Shown here: positions 26,118 to 34,972 of the stretch, piece by piece
Numbering within the stretch: position 1 is the first letter of the stretch
Layout of the letters: every line of letters starts with the position of its first letter
Origin: an uncultured Acidobacteriota bacterium
Lineage (GTDB): Bacteria > Acidobacteriota > Vicinamibacteria > Vicinamibacterales > 2-12-FULL-66-21
Length of the DNA stretch: 64,000 nt
Assembly (NCBI GenBank): GCA_963847125.1
Contig: CAWJYM010000009.1
Coordinates: forward strand, 82,658 to 146,657
Reading direction: 5' to 3'
Notes under the pieces: generated by a model
Told to the model about the DNA's origin: nothing
The model's database searches: none
What the model saw: the letters and a program-made list of their open reading frames with translations, nothing else
Position numbers and translations under genes: made by a program

Positions 26118-26717
26118 TCACCCCGTCCACGCTGGGTACAGCGAATGCTCGAATCCCAGCGCCGACAGGATCTTCCCCGCCATGAAGTCGGCGAGATCGT
26201 CGAGCGTCTTCGGTCCCTGGTAGAACGCCGGCATCGCCGGAAGGATCATGGCGCCTGCCTCGGCGCACAGAACCATGTTCTTGAGCTGCGGCAGGCTCAT
26301 CGGCGTTTCACGCGGCACGACGACGAGCGGACGGCGCTCCTTGAGCATCACGTCGGCGGCGCGCTCGATCAGGTTCCGGGAGAGACCGTGCGCGACCCCG
26401 GCGAGCGTTTTCATCGAGCAGGGCACGATCGCCATCCCGTGCGCATCGTGGCTCCCGCTCGCGATTGTCGCGCCGAGGTCCCGATTGCTGTGGACGACGA
26501 ACGAGCCGGCCTTGACGCCTGCCCCATACCGCGCCGCCAGGTAGTCGCCGAACCGGTCGATCGCCGCCTCCTCCCCCAGCTCATCGCGCAGGAGGCGGCG
26601 GCCGAAGTCTGACGCGACGATTTCGAGCCGCGCCCCTTGTTCGAGGAGCGCGGCGATCGTCCGCACCGCGTAGATCGCGCCGCTCGCGCCGGTGACGCCG
26701 ATCACGGTCGTTCGCAT
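26118..26717 (-). CDS. ubiX: UbiX-family flavin prenyltransferase
   Basis: 199 aa. IGVTGASGAIYAVR .. VPCSMKTLAGVAHG. Confidence 0.9.
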   Translation of the reverse strand: MRTTVIGVTGASGAIYAVRTIAALLEQGARLEIVASDFGRRLLRDELGEEAAIDRFGDYLAARYGAGVKAGSFVVHSNRDLGATIASGSHDAHGMAIVPCSMKTLAGVAHGLSRNLIERAADVMLKERRPLVVVPRETPMSLPQLKNMVLCAEAGAMILPAMPAFYQGPKTLDDLADFMAGKILSALGFEHSLYPAWTG

Positions 26718-26733
26718 GGCTCTATGCTAACTA

Positions 26734-27594
26734 CTAGAGGCTCGAGACGTAAACCGCCAGCGCCGTCGTCAGGAAGTAGAGGATCCCGACGTAGCCGTTC
26801 AAGTCGAACGCGCGCTTCACCTGCGACAGGTCGTGCTCGCTGACGAGCGACTGCTCGTAGACGAGCAGCACTGCCACGCCGGCCACGCCGGCGAGGTAGA
26901 TCGGCCCGAGCGGCACGAGCGCGCCCAGCGCCGCGAGCGCGGCGACGGCGACGACGTGCATCGCGCGCGAGATGACGAGCGCCGTGCGAACGCCGAACCG
27001 GACCGGAATCGACCGGAGGCCGTGCGCGCGGTCGAACGCGAGATCCTGACAGGCATACAGCACGTCGAAGCCGGCGACCCACATCCCGATCGCCAGGCCG
27101 AGCAGCCACGGCTCCCATCCGGCGCGGCCGCCCGCGGCCAGCCAGCCGCCGACCGGCGCCACGGCCATGGCGAGGCCGAGAAACAGCTGCGTGTAGGCCG
27201 TGTAGCGCTTGGCCAGCGAGTACCAGAAGACGATGGCGAGCGCGACCGGCGAGAGCGCGAAACAGATCGGCCCGAGCTTCCAGGAGGCCAGGACGAAGAT
27301 GACGCACGAGAGGGCGACGAACGCGACGGCTTCTCCGGATCGGATCGCGCCCCGCGGCAGCTCGCGCGAGGCGGTCCGCGGGTTGAGCGCGTCGAACCGC
27401 GCGTCGACGAGACGGTTGAACCCCATCGCGGCGCCTCGCGCCGAAACCATCGCCAGGACGATCCAGCCCACGCGGGTCCAGGTCAACGGCACGTAGCGCG
27501 ATGCGAGCAACGCTCCCGTCAAGGCGAACGGCAGCGCGAAGACGCTGTGGCTGAAGCGGACGAACGACGCGTAGGTGCGGAGTCTGTTCAACAC
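26734..27594 (-). CDS. UbiA-family polyprenyltransferase (menaquinone branch, MqnP-like)
   Basis: GTG 27594 overlaps the upstream stop. FSHSVFALPFAL.., NRLVDARFDALNPRTASR (Asp-rich motif), YACQDLAFDRAHG. The 651-aa track ORF is an upstream run-on. Confidence 0.85.
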   Translation of the reverse strand: MLNRLRTYASFVRFSHSVFALPFALTGALLASRYVPLTWTRVGWIVLAMVSARGAAMGFNRLVDARFDALNPRTASRELPRGAIRSGEAVAFVALSCVIFVLASWKLGPICFALSPVALAIVFWYSLAKRYTAYTQLFLGLAMAVAPVGGWLAAGGRAGWEPWLLGLAIGMWVAGFDVLYACQDLAFDRAHGLRSIPVRFGVRTALVISRAMHVVAVAALAALGALVPLGPIYLAGVAGVAVLLVYEQSLVSEHDLSQVKRAFDLNGYVGILYFLTTALAVYVSSL

Positions 27595-28781
27595 TCCAAC
27601 CACCGAATCTGCGAAGGCAGAACGCCGTGCACCAGATATTCTTCCACATCCGTCACGCCGTCCGGCACGTCGACGGCGATCGCTTCGGCGCGCGCGGCGG
27701 GCGCGAGCACGCCCAGGTCGCCGCCGAATCCGAGCGCCTCGGCGCCGGCGCGCGTCGCGCTGTCCAGGAGCTGCGCCGCGGGGACGTGCGGCGCGATCGA
27801 CCGGAGCGCCGCCAGCTCGCTGAACAGGTTGAGGTCTTGCACGCTCGCGAGGCTGTCGGTGCCAATCGCAACTCTGGCGCCAGAGGCATAGAACCGCTGG
27901 ACCGGAGGTTCGCCGACGCCAATCCAGATGTTGCTGCGTGGACAGGTGACGATCGTCGCATCGGCGTCCGCGACCCGCCTCAGCTCGCTGGCGCCGAGCT
28001 GCACGGCATGGACGACGAGCATCCGGCCGGTCAGCACGCCGAGCCGATCCAGATACTCGATCGGGCCGCAGCCCGGCGGCCGCCACTTGGGATTCCAGCT
28101 GTTGAACTGCAGCAGCATCTCGCGCCAGGGCCCCTTCCCCTCGCGCAGAAACGCCATCTCCTCCCGCGATTCGCCCGCGTGGACCGATGTCAGACTCTTC
28201 CGCATGCCGACCTCGCGCGCGATGTCGCGAAAGAGCTCGGGCGAGACGGAGTACGGCGCGTGCGGGGCGATCGTGCCGCGGACGCGCTCGCTCTCGAGCT
28301 TCGTCACCGCCTCCATCGCTTCCGACGCCATCCGCCAGGAATCGGCGACGTTGAATCCGATCAGCTCGTAGAACACGACCGCCGTGAGACCGGCGGCCTT
28401 GATCGCGTCGACCGCCGCCAGCGTGTTCGTGACGTCTCCCGCGAGCGCGGTGCCGGCCGCGCGGGCCTCGGCGACGCCGGCGGCGATCCCGATCGGATCG
28501 TCCCGGCCAGCGGCGCGGCGTACGCCAAGCATCCGCTTGACCCAACCCACCATGCCGTCGCCGGCCGGCGGCACGCGGCCCCGCATCCAGGACAGCTCGA
28601 AGTGGGTGTGTGCGTTCACGAGGCCGGGCATGATGGCCACGCGTCCCAGGTCTGCCTGCGGGCCAGGCGGAGCCTCCCCGGTTCCGCACGCGCGCACCCG
28701 TCCGTCCTCGACGGCCAGCCAGCCGTCGCGAATCGGCGGCGCTGCGATCGGGACTATCCAGGCGGCGCGGTAGACAATCAC
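27588..28781 (-). CDS. amidohydrolase (chlorohydrolase/aminodeoxyfutalosine-deaminase-like)
   Basis: GTG 28781 (GTGA overlap). PGLVNAHTHFELS metal motif, ..VHAGES.., ..IGTDSLAS. Placement between the radical-SAM Mqn gene and the prenyltransferase. Confidence 0.75.
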   Translation of the reverse strand: MIVYRAAWIVPIAAPPIRDGWLAVEDGRVRACGTGEAPPGPQADLGRVAIMPGLVNAHTHFELSWMRGRVPPAGDGMVGWVKRMLGVRRAAGRDDPIGIAAGVAEARAAGTALAGDVTNTLAAVDAIKAAGLTAVVFYELIGFNVADSWRMASEAMEAVTKLESERVRGTIAPHAPYSVSPELFRDIAREVGMRKSLTSVHAGESREEMAFLREGKGPWREMLLQFNSWNPKWRPPGCGPIEYLDRLGVLTGRMLVVHAVQLGASELRRVADADATIVTCPRSNIWIGVGEPPVQRFYASGARVAIGTDSLASVQDLNLFSELAALRSIAPHVPAAQLLDSATRAGAEALGFGGDLGVLAPAARAEAIAVDVPDGVTDVEEYLVHGVLPSQIRWLEC

Positions 28782-29944
28782 GTCCGCTGGCGGCGGGACT
28801 TCTCGCTGGCGCTCCGCGCGGCGTAACTGGTGAGCTCGTCCGGCATGGCGACGTCCCCCTCCTCCTTGGACACGGCGAGGCTGTGCATGCGCGGAACCTG
28901 GCGCTCGCGGAAGATCGGATCGCCGAGAATCTGGTAGTGCATGTTGCGCCGCTTCGCGGCGAAGCCGGCGTTCTCGATGTTGCGGACGATCTCGACTTCG
29001 TCCATGCAGTACGCGGCGCCGGCGGCCCTCACCACGTTCTCTTCGATCATGACGCTGCCCATGTCGTTCGCGCCGTAGGCCAGGCTGAGCTGCCCGACCT
29101 TCCCGCCCTGCGTGACCCACGAGGCCTGCAGGTTGTCGAAGTTGTCCAGGACGATCCGCGCCGTGGCGAGCGTCCGCAGGTAGTCGACGCCGGTCGCTTC
29201 CACGCCACCCAGCTCGGTGTGCTCGGGTTGGTAGCTCCAGGTGATGAACGCGGTGAACCCGCCGGTCTCGTCCTGCAGCTCGCGCAGCCGTATCAGGTGC
29301 TCGATCCGCTCCTCAGGGCTGTCCACGCTCCCGTACATCATTGTCGCCGTGGTACGGAGGCCCGCCCGGTGCGCGTGACGCATGACGTCGAGCCACTCGT
29401 CCGACGTCGCCTTGCCGTAGCAGTTCAGGAGCTTCCGGACACGGTCGACGAGGATCTCGGCGCCGCCGCCCGGGATGCTGTCGAGGCCGGCGGCCGTCAG
29501 CCGCTCGATGACGGCCGGCACCGGCAGCTGGGACAGGCGTGAGAGGTGAATCACCTCCGGCGGCGACAGCGCGTGCAGCCGGAAATCCGGATAGCGCTGC
29601 TTGATCGCGCGGAACAGATCCTCGTACCACTGGAGCGGCAGGTCCGGATTGTGGCCGCCCTGCAGGAGGAGCTGGACGCCGCCCACCGCGATCGTCTCGT
29701 CGATCTTCCTGAACACTTCGTCAAAGCCGAGGACGTAGCCCTCGTCGGATCCGACCGGGCGGTAGAACGCGCAGAAGTTGCAGCGCGCGACGCAGACGTT
29801 CGTGTAGTTAACGTTGCGGTCGATGATGTAGGTGACGATGCCGTCGGGGTGCTTGCGCTCGCGAACGGCGTCCGCCATCCGGCCCAGCTCGGAGGTCGGG
29901 GCATTCAGATACAGATCGATCGCGTCGCGCGCGTTGACTCGCAT
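28778..29944 (-). CDS. radical SAM menaquinone (futalosine pathway) enzyme, MqnC/MqnE family; MqnC is my best guess
   Basis: 388 aa. IIDRNVNYTNVCVARCNFCAFYR (CxxxCxxC). C-terminal GANDMGSVMIEENV. Confidence 0.85.
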   Translation of the reverse strand: MRVNARDAIDLYLNAPTSELGRMADAVRERKHPDGIVTYIIDRNVNYTNVCVARCNFCAFYRPVGSDEGYVLGFDEVFRKIDETIAVGGVQLLLQGGHNPDLPLQWYEDLFRAIKQRYPDFRLHALSPPEVIHLSRLSQLPVPAVIERLTAAGLDSIPGGGAEILVDRVRKLLNCYGKATSDEWLDVMRHAHRAGLRTTATMMYGSVDSPEERIEHLIRLRELQDETGGFTAFITWSYQPEHTELGGVEATGVDYLRTLATARIVLDNFDNLQASWVTQGGKVGQLSLAYGANDMGSVMIEENVVRAAGAAYCMDEVEIVRNIENAGFAAKRRNMHYQILGDPIFRERQVPRMHSLAVSKEEGDVAMPDELTSYAARSASEKSRRQRT

Positions 29945-29951
29945 AAACGGG

Positions 29952-29970
29952 GCGGGCCTCTCAGGCCCGC
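29952..29970. repeat. REP hairpin GCGGGCC-tctca-GGCCCGC carrying the mqnA stop codon in its loop
   Basis: The mqnA TGA is the complement of 29961-29963, which lies in the loop. Confidence 0.85.
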
Positions 29971-30794
29971 CGGACAGCAGGTTGTTCGGCCCCGCCGAAG
30001 AACGCCAGCGGCCGCCTGCGCACCAGGCCCTGCTCTTCCGCCAGCTCGTAGAAGCGCTCGAGGCCCGCGCGCTCGGCGTCGCCGAGGCCGTACCTCATAT
30101 TATTTCGCAGGTACGCCCGGCCGCGCGCGACGCGGACGGCGTCTCCCGCGCCGTACGCCTCGGCGATCGCGTCTCCCGCCGCGACGCCGGCGTCCCGTGC
30201 CGCCTGCAGCGTCCGGATGTCTTCCTGCCCCAGCACGCCCGGCCGCCCGGCCCAGAAGGCCCAGACGAACGGGAGGCCGGTCAGCCCGCGCCACGCGTCG
30301 CCCAGGTCGATCTTCTCCAACCCGGCGGCCTCCGTCGTCGCGAACAACGCCGGATCGCCGATCACCAGGGCCGCGTCAGCCTTGCCGAGCATCGTCTTGA
30401 AATCGGGCGGGAGCGTGTCGAACGACGGCCGGATGTCGAACGCGCGCGCGCAGAGAATCTGCAGCAGCGCCGCGGACGTGCGCGAGCTGGAGTCGAGCGC
30501 GATCGTCCGAACGTCGGCTATCGGCTTCGACGTGAACAAGGCGACCGACGCCACGTCGCCCAGCGAGGCGATTGAAACGCCGGGCACGAGGTGGTAGGGA
30601 TCGCCACGCAGGAACTCGATTGACGGAATCATGCCGAGGTCGATCGAGCCCTCGTGCAGAAGCGCCGCACAGCGGGATGGCGGGTCGAATTGGAGCGCAT
30701 ACCGATCGGCGCGGGCGCCCAGGCCGTGAACGAGGGGGCGCGCGTTCAGATAGTCGACCGCCCCCAGCCGGATCCTCGGCGCCATGCAGCTCAC
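29961..30794 (-). CDS. mqnA: chorismate dehydratase MqnA
   Basis: IRLGAVDYLNARPLVHGL .. GSIDLGMIPSIEF is the MqnA-type PBP-like fold. It lacks the SPCPND motif of MqnD. Confidence 0.85.
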   Translation of the reverse strand: MSCMAPRIRLGAVDYLNARPLVHGLGARADRYALQFDPPSRCAALLHEGSIDLGMIPSIEFLRGDPYHLVPGVSIASLGDVASVALFTSKPIADVRTIALDSSSRTSAALLQILCARAFDIRPSFDTLPPDFKTMLGKADAALVIGDPALFATTEAAGLEKIDLGDAWRGLTGLPFVWAFWAGRPGVLGQEDIRTLQAARDAGVAAGDAIAEAYGAGDAVRVARGRAYLRNNMRYGLGDAERAGLERFYELAEEQGLVRRRPLAFFGGAEQPAVRRA

Positions 30795-31672
30795 CGCGAC
30801 GCGCCCGCGGCGGTCTCGGGCGCCGCGATCGGATCGAAGCGGCCGTTGCGCGGGACCGGCACGAACGATGCCGAGCGGATGTTGCGCTTCACCTCTTCGA
30901 GCGGCGCCCGCCTCGGGCCGAGCAGGTTGACGGAGGACGGGTCGAGCGGGACGGCGTCGAGATCGTTGGCGCCGAAGGTCAGCGCGACCTGCGCCAGCTT
31001 CGGGCCGTACAGCGTCCAGTCGATCTGAACCGTGTCCACGTTGTCGAGAAAGAGCCGCGCGAGCGCCACGAGCTTCACATCGTCGTAGCCGGTCGTCGGT
31101 GACGCCGAGTCCAGCGCGCGCGGGAGCGGAGCAAACGCCCTCGCGACGCCGCCGGGAGATGCCGCGGCCGCGTCACGCACGCGCTGGAGAACCGCGATCG
31201 GGTCACGCTGAGACGAGTGGACCGTCAACCGTGCGATGTCGAGGCCGGCGCCGTAGACGGCCGAGATCGACTCGGCCGGATTCGCGAGCCGATCGATCGC
31301 CGCCTCGGCGATCATCTCGATCCCCGACTCCTTGAGGCGAGACATGACGGCCGGCAACGCGCCGAGATGTTCGAGGTCGTGAAGGGCGAAGCCAGTGAGG
31401 GTCCGGCTAAAGCCGGACGCTACGAGAGATTGGATTAACGATTGCAGAAGAGACTCAACCTGCGCGAGGCTGTCCGGGCGGCCGGTGATGCGGACTTCGC
31501 CCGCCTCGCGCGGAATCGTTGTCGGCACGGGGCCGGACACCGGCACGTCGAGCACGCGTACGAACGTCACGCGGTCGCCGTGCCGCGCCTTTCGCGCTTC
31601 GTCCGCCCGAACGCCGATCGCGATCAGGTTCGGGGTGTCCAGGACCTCCTGCGCTTCGGCAACCGTCATCAT
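30791..31672 (-). CDS. MqnC/MqnE/CofH-like paralogue lacking the radical-SAM CxxxCxxC motif
   Basis: ATG 31672 (ATGA overlap with UbiD). The C-terminal half aligns by eye with the neighbouring radical SAM protein: TGYDDVKLVALARLFLDNVDTVQIDW..ALTFGANDLD versus TGVDYLRTLATARIVLDNFDNLQASW..SLAYGANDMG. The N-terminal region reads RVTFVRVLDVPVSGPV, with no Cys. Confidence 0.7.
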   Translation of the reverse strand: MMTVAEAQEVLDTPNLIAIGVRADEARKARHGDRVTFVRVLDVPVSGPVPTTIPREAGEVRITGRPDSLAQVESLLQSLIQSLVASGFSRTLTGFALHDLEHLGALPAVMSRLKESGIEMIAEAAIDRLANPAESISAVYGAGLDIARLTVHSSQRDPIAVLQRVRDAAAASPGGVARAFAPLPRALDSASPTTGYDDVKLVALARLFLDNVDTVQIDWTLYGPKLAQVALTFGANDLDAVPLDPSSVNLLGPRRAPLEEVKRNIRSASFVPVPRNGRFDPIAAPETAAGASR

Positions 31673-33153
31673 CGCGGCTTGTCCTGGAGCCCTTGCGGGG
31701 ATGCCTTCCATCCCTGAGCGATCTTCGTCCAGAGCTCGGCCGCCCGGCGCCCGGCCTGCTCCGTTGTCGTCAGCCGCTTCGGCCATTCGCGGGTGAAGCC
31801 CTCGGACGGCCATTTGCGCGTCGCGTCAATCCCCATCTTGCCGCCATACGCCGGCAGGTCGGAGGCGTTCTCGAGATCGTCCATCGGTCCCTTCGTGAAC
31901 TGGACGTCGCGAACCGGATCGACATGGGTGCCGACGATCCACGCGACCTCCGCCTCGTTCTGCACGTCGACGTCCTTGTCGACGACGACGATGATCTTGG
32001 AGAACATGAGCTGGCCGAGGCCCCAGAAGGCATTCATGATCTTGCGCGCGTGCCCGGGATAGCGTTTGTCGATCGACACCAGCACGAGGTTGTGAAAAAT
32101 CCCCGCGGGCGGGAAGTTCATGTCGACGATTTCGGGGATGGTCTTTCGAATCAGCGGGAGGAAGATCCGCTCGCTCGCCTTGCCGAGATAGACGTCCTCC
32201 ATCGGCGGGATGCCGACGATCGTCGTGTGGTAGATCGGGCGCTTCCGATGCGTGATGCACGTCAGGTGAAACACCGGGAAGTCGTCTTCGAGCGAGTAGA
32301 AGCCGGTGTGGTCGCCGAACGGCCCTTCGCGGCGCCGCTCACCCGGCTCGACGTAACCCTCGAGCACGATCTGGGCGTTCGCGGGGACCTCGAGGTCCAC
32401 GGTCAGGCACTTCACGAGCTCCACGCGGTCGCGCCGGATGAAGCCGGCCAGCATCAGCTCGTCGAGGCCCTCCGGCATCGGCGCCGTGGCGGCGTAGGCC
32501 AGGACCGGATCGGGCCCGAGCGCGACCGCGACGTCGAGGCGGCGGCCCAGCCGCTCGGCGACGCGGTAATGCTGCGCGCCCCCCTTGTGACGCTGCCAGT
32601 GCATGGCGGTCGTCCGCCCGTCGAACACCTGCATGCGGTAGGCGCCGACGTTCCGCACGCCGGTCTCGGGGTCCCTGGTGATGACGAGCGGGAACGTGAT
32701 GTACCGCCCGCCGTCTTCGGGCCAGCACCGCAGGATCGGGAGCATGTCGAGGGAACCGTCGCGCGCCACGACCTCCTGGCACGGCCCGTCCTTCACCGTT
32801 TTCGGCATGACGTCCGTGAGGCGCGACATCTGCGGCAGCATTTTCATCGCGTCGAAAATGCCGGACGGCAGCTTCGGCGTCGTCAGCTCGTCGATGTCCT
32901 TCGCGAGATCGTCGAGCGCCTTCACCCCGAGCGCGAGGCACATGCGCGACATCGACCCGAACAGGTTGATCGCGACCGGCAGGTCGAAACCGGTGGGGCG
33001 CTCGAAGAGGAGCGCCGGCCCGCCGCCCGGCGACTTCGACGCACGGTCGGTCACCGCGCAGATCTCGAGGTCGGGGCTCACCGGCTCGCGCACGCGCGCC
33101 AGCTCGCGGCGGTTATCGAGCTCGTCGATGAACGCGTTCAGGTCCTTAAACAC
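31669..33153 (-). CDS. UbiD-family decarboxylase (menaquinone biosynthesis type)
   Basis: 494 aa, GTG start at 33153. LLFERPTGFDLPVAINLFGS .. GPFGDHTGFYS. Confidence 0.9.
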   Translation of the reverse strand: MFKDLNAFIDELDNRRELARVREPVSPDLEICAVTDRASKSPGGGPALLFERPTGFDLPVAINLFGSMSRMCLALGVKALDDLAKDIDELTTPKLPSGIFDAMKMLPQMSRLTDVMPKTVKDGPCQEVVARDGSLDMLPILRCWPEDGGRYITFPLVITRDPETGVRNVGAYRMQVFDGRTTAMHWQRHKGGAQHYRVAERLGRRLDVAVALGPDPVLAYAATAPMPEGLDELMLAGFIRRDRVELVKCLTVDLEVPANAQIVLEGYVEPGERRREGPFGDHTGFYSLEDDFPVFHLTCITHRKRPIYHTTIVGIPPMEDVYLGKASERIFLPLIRKTIPEIVDMNFPPAGIFHNLVLVSIDKRYPGHARKIMNAFWGLGQLMFSKIIVVVDKDVDVQNEAEVAWIVGTHVDPVRDVQFTKGPMDDLENASDLPAYGGKMGIDATRKWPSEGFTREWPKRLTTTEQAGRRAAELWTKIAQGWKASPQGLQDKPR

Positions 33154-33156
33154 GGA

Positions 33157-33205
33157 AGAATTCAGAATTCAGAATCTAGAATACAGAATACAGAATCCAG
33201 AGGGC
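33157..33205 (-). repeat. tandem heptamer array x7 (plus strand AGAATNN)
   Basis: agaattc agaattc agaatct agaatac agaatac agaatcc agagggc. Ends 3 nt from the UbiD GTG start. Confidence 0.9.
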
Positions 33206-33212
33206 TGCAGGT

Positions 33213-34151
33213 TCATGCGCGTTCCATCGCGGTCGCCACCTGGTGAGCGAGCACGAGCGCTCTGCGGCCGGCGGCGCCGTCCACCAGAGGCTGCGTGCGC
33301 GCCCGCGCGGCGCTGACGAAGTCCGCCAGCTCGCGGGCGAGCGGCTCCTCGCGCGGGATCTCCATCTTCCCTCCCTCGATGGCCGGGCGCTCGCCGTCCC
33401 GCCGCACGAGCTGGTAGGCCTCGACCTCCTGAGCGGCGTAGTCAATCGAGAGATAGCTGTCGGGCTGGAACAGCCGGATCTTGCGGATGCGGTCCCGGCT
33501 GATCCGGCTGGCCGTCAGGTTGGCGATGCAGCCGGACGCGAACCGGATGCGCGCGTTGGCGATGTCGACGCGGGGCGTCAGGACGGGGACGCCGACCGCC
33601 TCGATCGACGCCGCCTCGGACCGGACGAACGCGAGCACCACGTCGAGGTCGTGAATCATCAGGTCGAAGACGACATCGATATCGAGGCTCCGCTCCGGAA
33701 ACACCCCGAGGCGGTGCACTTCGACGAACCTCGGCGTCGCCACGCGCGGCAGCGCCGCGACGACGGCCGGATTGTATCGCTCGGTGTGGCCGACGCCGAA
33801 CGTCGCGCCCGAGCGCGCCGCGGCGGCGATCATGCCGTCCGCCTCGGCGATCGACCGCGCCATCGGCTTCTCGACCAGCGTCGCGATTCCGCGCTCGAGA
33901 AACGGCAGCGCGACCTCGGCGTGGACGTTGGTCGGCACGGCGATCGTCACCGCATCCACGTCCATCTGCGACGCGAGGTCGCGCGCGCCAGTATAGGCCG
34001 TCGCGCCCGTCGCCGCCGCGACCTCGTCCGCCCGGCCGCGGTCGATGTCCACGACCGCTGCCAACGTGACGCCCGGCATCGTCGAGAGCAGCCGCGCGTG
34101 GTGGCGCCCCAGATGCCCGACCCCGACGACTGCCACCCGCAGCCCGCTCAC
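33213..34151 (-). CDS. Gfo/Idh/MocA family oxidoreductase
   Basis: [16 protein letters not shown] Rossmann motif, and EKPMA. Confidence 0.85.
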   Translation of the reverse strand: MSGLRVAVVGVGHLGRHHARLLSTMPGVTLAAVVDIDRGRADEVAAATGATAYTGARDLASQMDVDAVTIAVPTNVHAEVALPFLERGIATLVEKPMARSIAEADGMIAAAARSGATFGVGHTERYNPAVVAALPRVATPRFVEVHRLGVFPERSLDIDVVFDLMIHDLDVVLAFVRSEAASIEAVGVPVLTPRVDIANARIRFASGCIANLTASRISRDRIRKIRLFQPDSYLSIDYAAQEVEAYQLVRRDGERPAIEGGKMEIPREEPLARELADFVSAARARTQPLVDGAAGRRALVLAHQVATAMERA

Positions 34152-34972
34152 GTCTTCCTGCCCACGACCGCAATCTTTGCGTCGTCCGCCTGCGCCCGGA
34201 ACGCCTCCCCGTCGAGGACGAGCGTCCTCCCGGCGTCGATCGAGAGCGCCGACGCGCCGGCGGCTCGCATGGCTTGAATCGTCAGCAGGCCGACGACCGG
34301 GACGTCGAACCGCATGTCCTGGTTCGGCTTCGCGACCTTCACGACGCTCACGCCTGGCCCGGCGAGGCGCCCGGCGCGGGCGATCACCTCGTCGGTCCCT
34401 TCCATCGCCTCGACCGCGACGACCGCCCGGTGCTTGACCGCGATCGTCTGACCGATGTCGAGCCCGGCGATCGCGTCCGCCATCCTGTAGCCGAACTCGA
34501 AGTCCGCCCGCTCGTCCCCGGTCGGCGGCCGCTCCGTCAGGACGCCCTCACGCGCGAGGAGCGGTGTGAGAAACGCGGTCGAGTCCACGAGCGTGATCCC
34601 GTTGTCCTTGAGCACGTCGGCCACCGCGGCGATGAGCGCGTCGGTGTTGCGCGACCCGAGGCGCGAGATGACCGACAGCAGCGTCATGTCGGGCACGATG
34701 TTCGCGAAGATTTTGGCGTGCTTCACCTGGCCGGCCATCAGCGCCTCGCTGGCGCCGGCCGACTTGAGAATCTTGATGCACTGCCCGAGCTGCCCGAGCG
34801 AGATCCAGTGCAGGTCCGCTGGCTGCGGCCCTTTCGTCGCGGCCGCCTCGATCTCGGGAAAGGCCTCTTCTTTGATCGCCACGACGGTCACGTCGTAGCC
34901 GAGGCTGCGAGCGCCGTCCAGGGCCAGAAACGGAAAGCGCCCATTGCCGGCAATCAACCCGATTCGGGGCAT
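34148..34972 (-). CDS. lpxI: UDP-2,3-diacylglucosamine diphosphatase LpxI (DUF1009)
   Basis: [16 protein letters not shown] .. [18 protein letters not shown]. Confidence 0.85.
   Translation of the reverse strand: MPRIGLIAGNGRFPFLALDGARSLGYDVTVVAIKEEAFPEIEAAATKGPQPADLHWISLGQLGQCIKILKSAGASEALMAGQVKHAKIFANIVPDMTLLSVISRLGSRNTDALIAAVADVLKDNGITLVDSTAFLTPLLAREGVLTERPPTGDERADFEFGYRMADAIAGLDIGQTIAVKHRAVVAVEAMEGTDEVIARAGRLAGPGVSVVKVAKPNQDMRFDVPVVGLLTIQAMRAAGASALSIDAGRTLVLDGEAFRAQADDAKIAVVGRKT

Noticed and set aside
26734-29120. 651-aa and 510-aa track ORFs.
   Set aside because: Only the C-terminal 286 aa (UbiA family) and 397 aa (amidohydrolase) look like protein. Alternative GTG starts overlapping the upstream stops give normal lengths.
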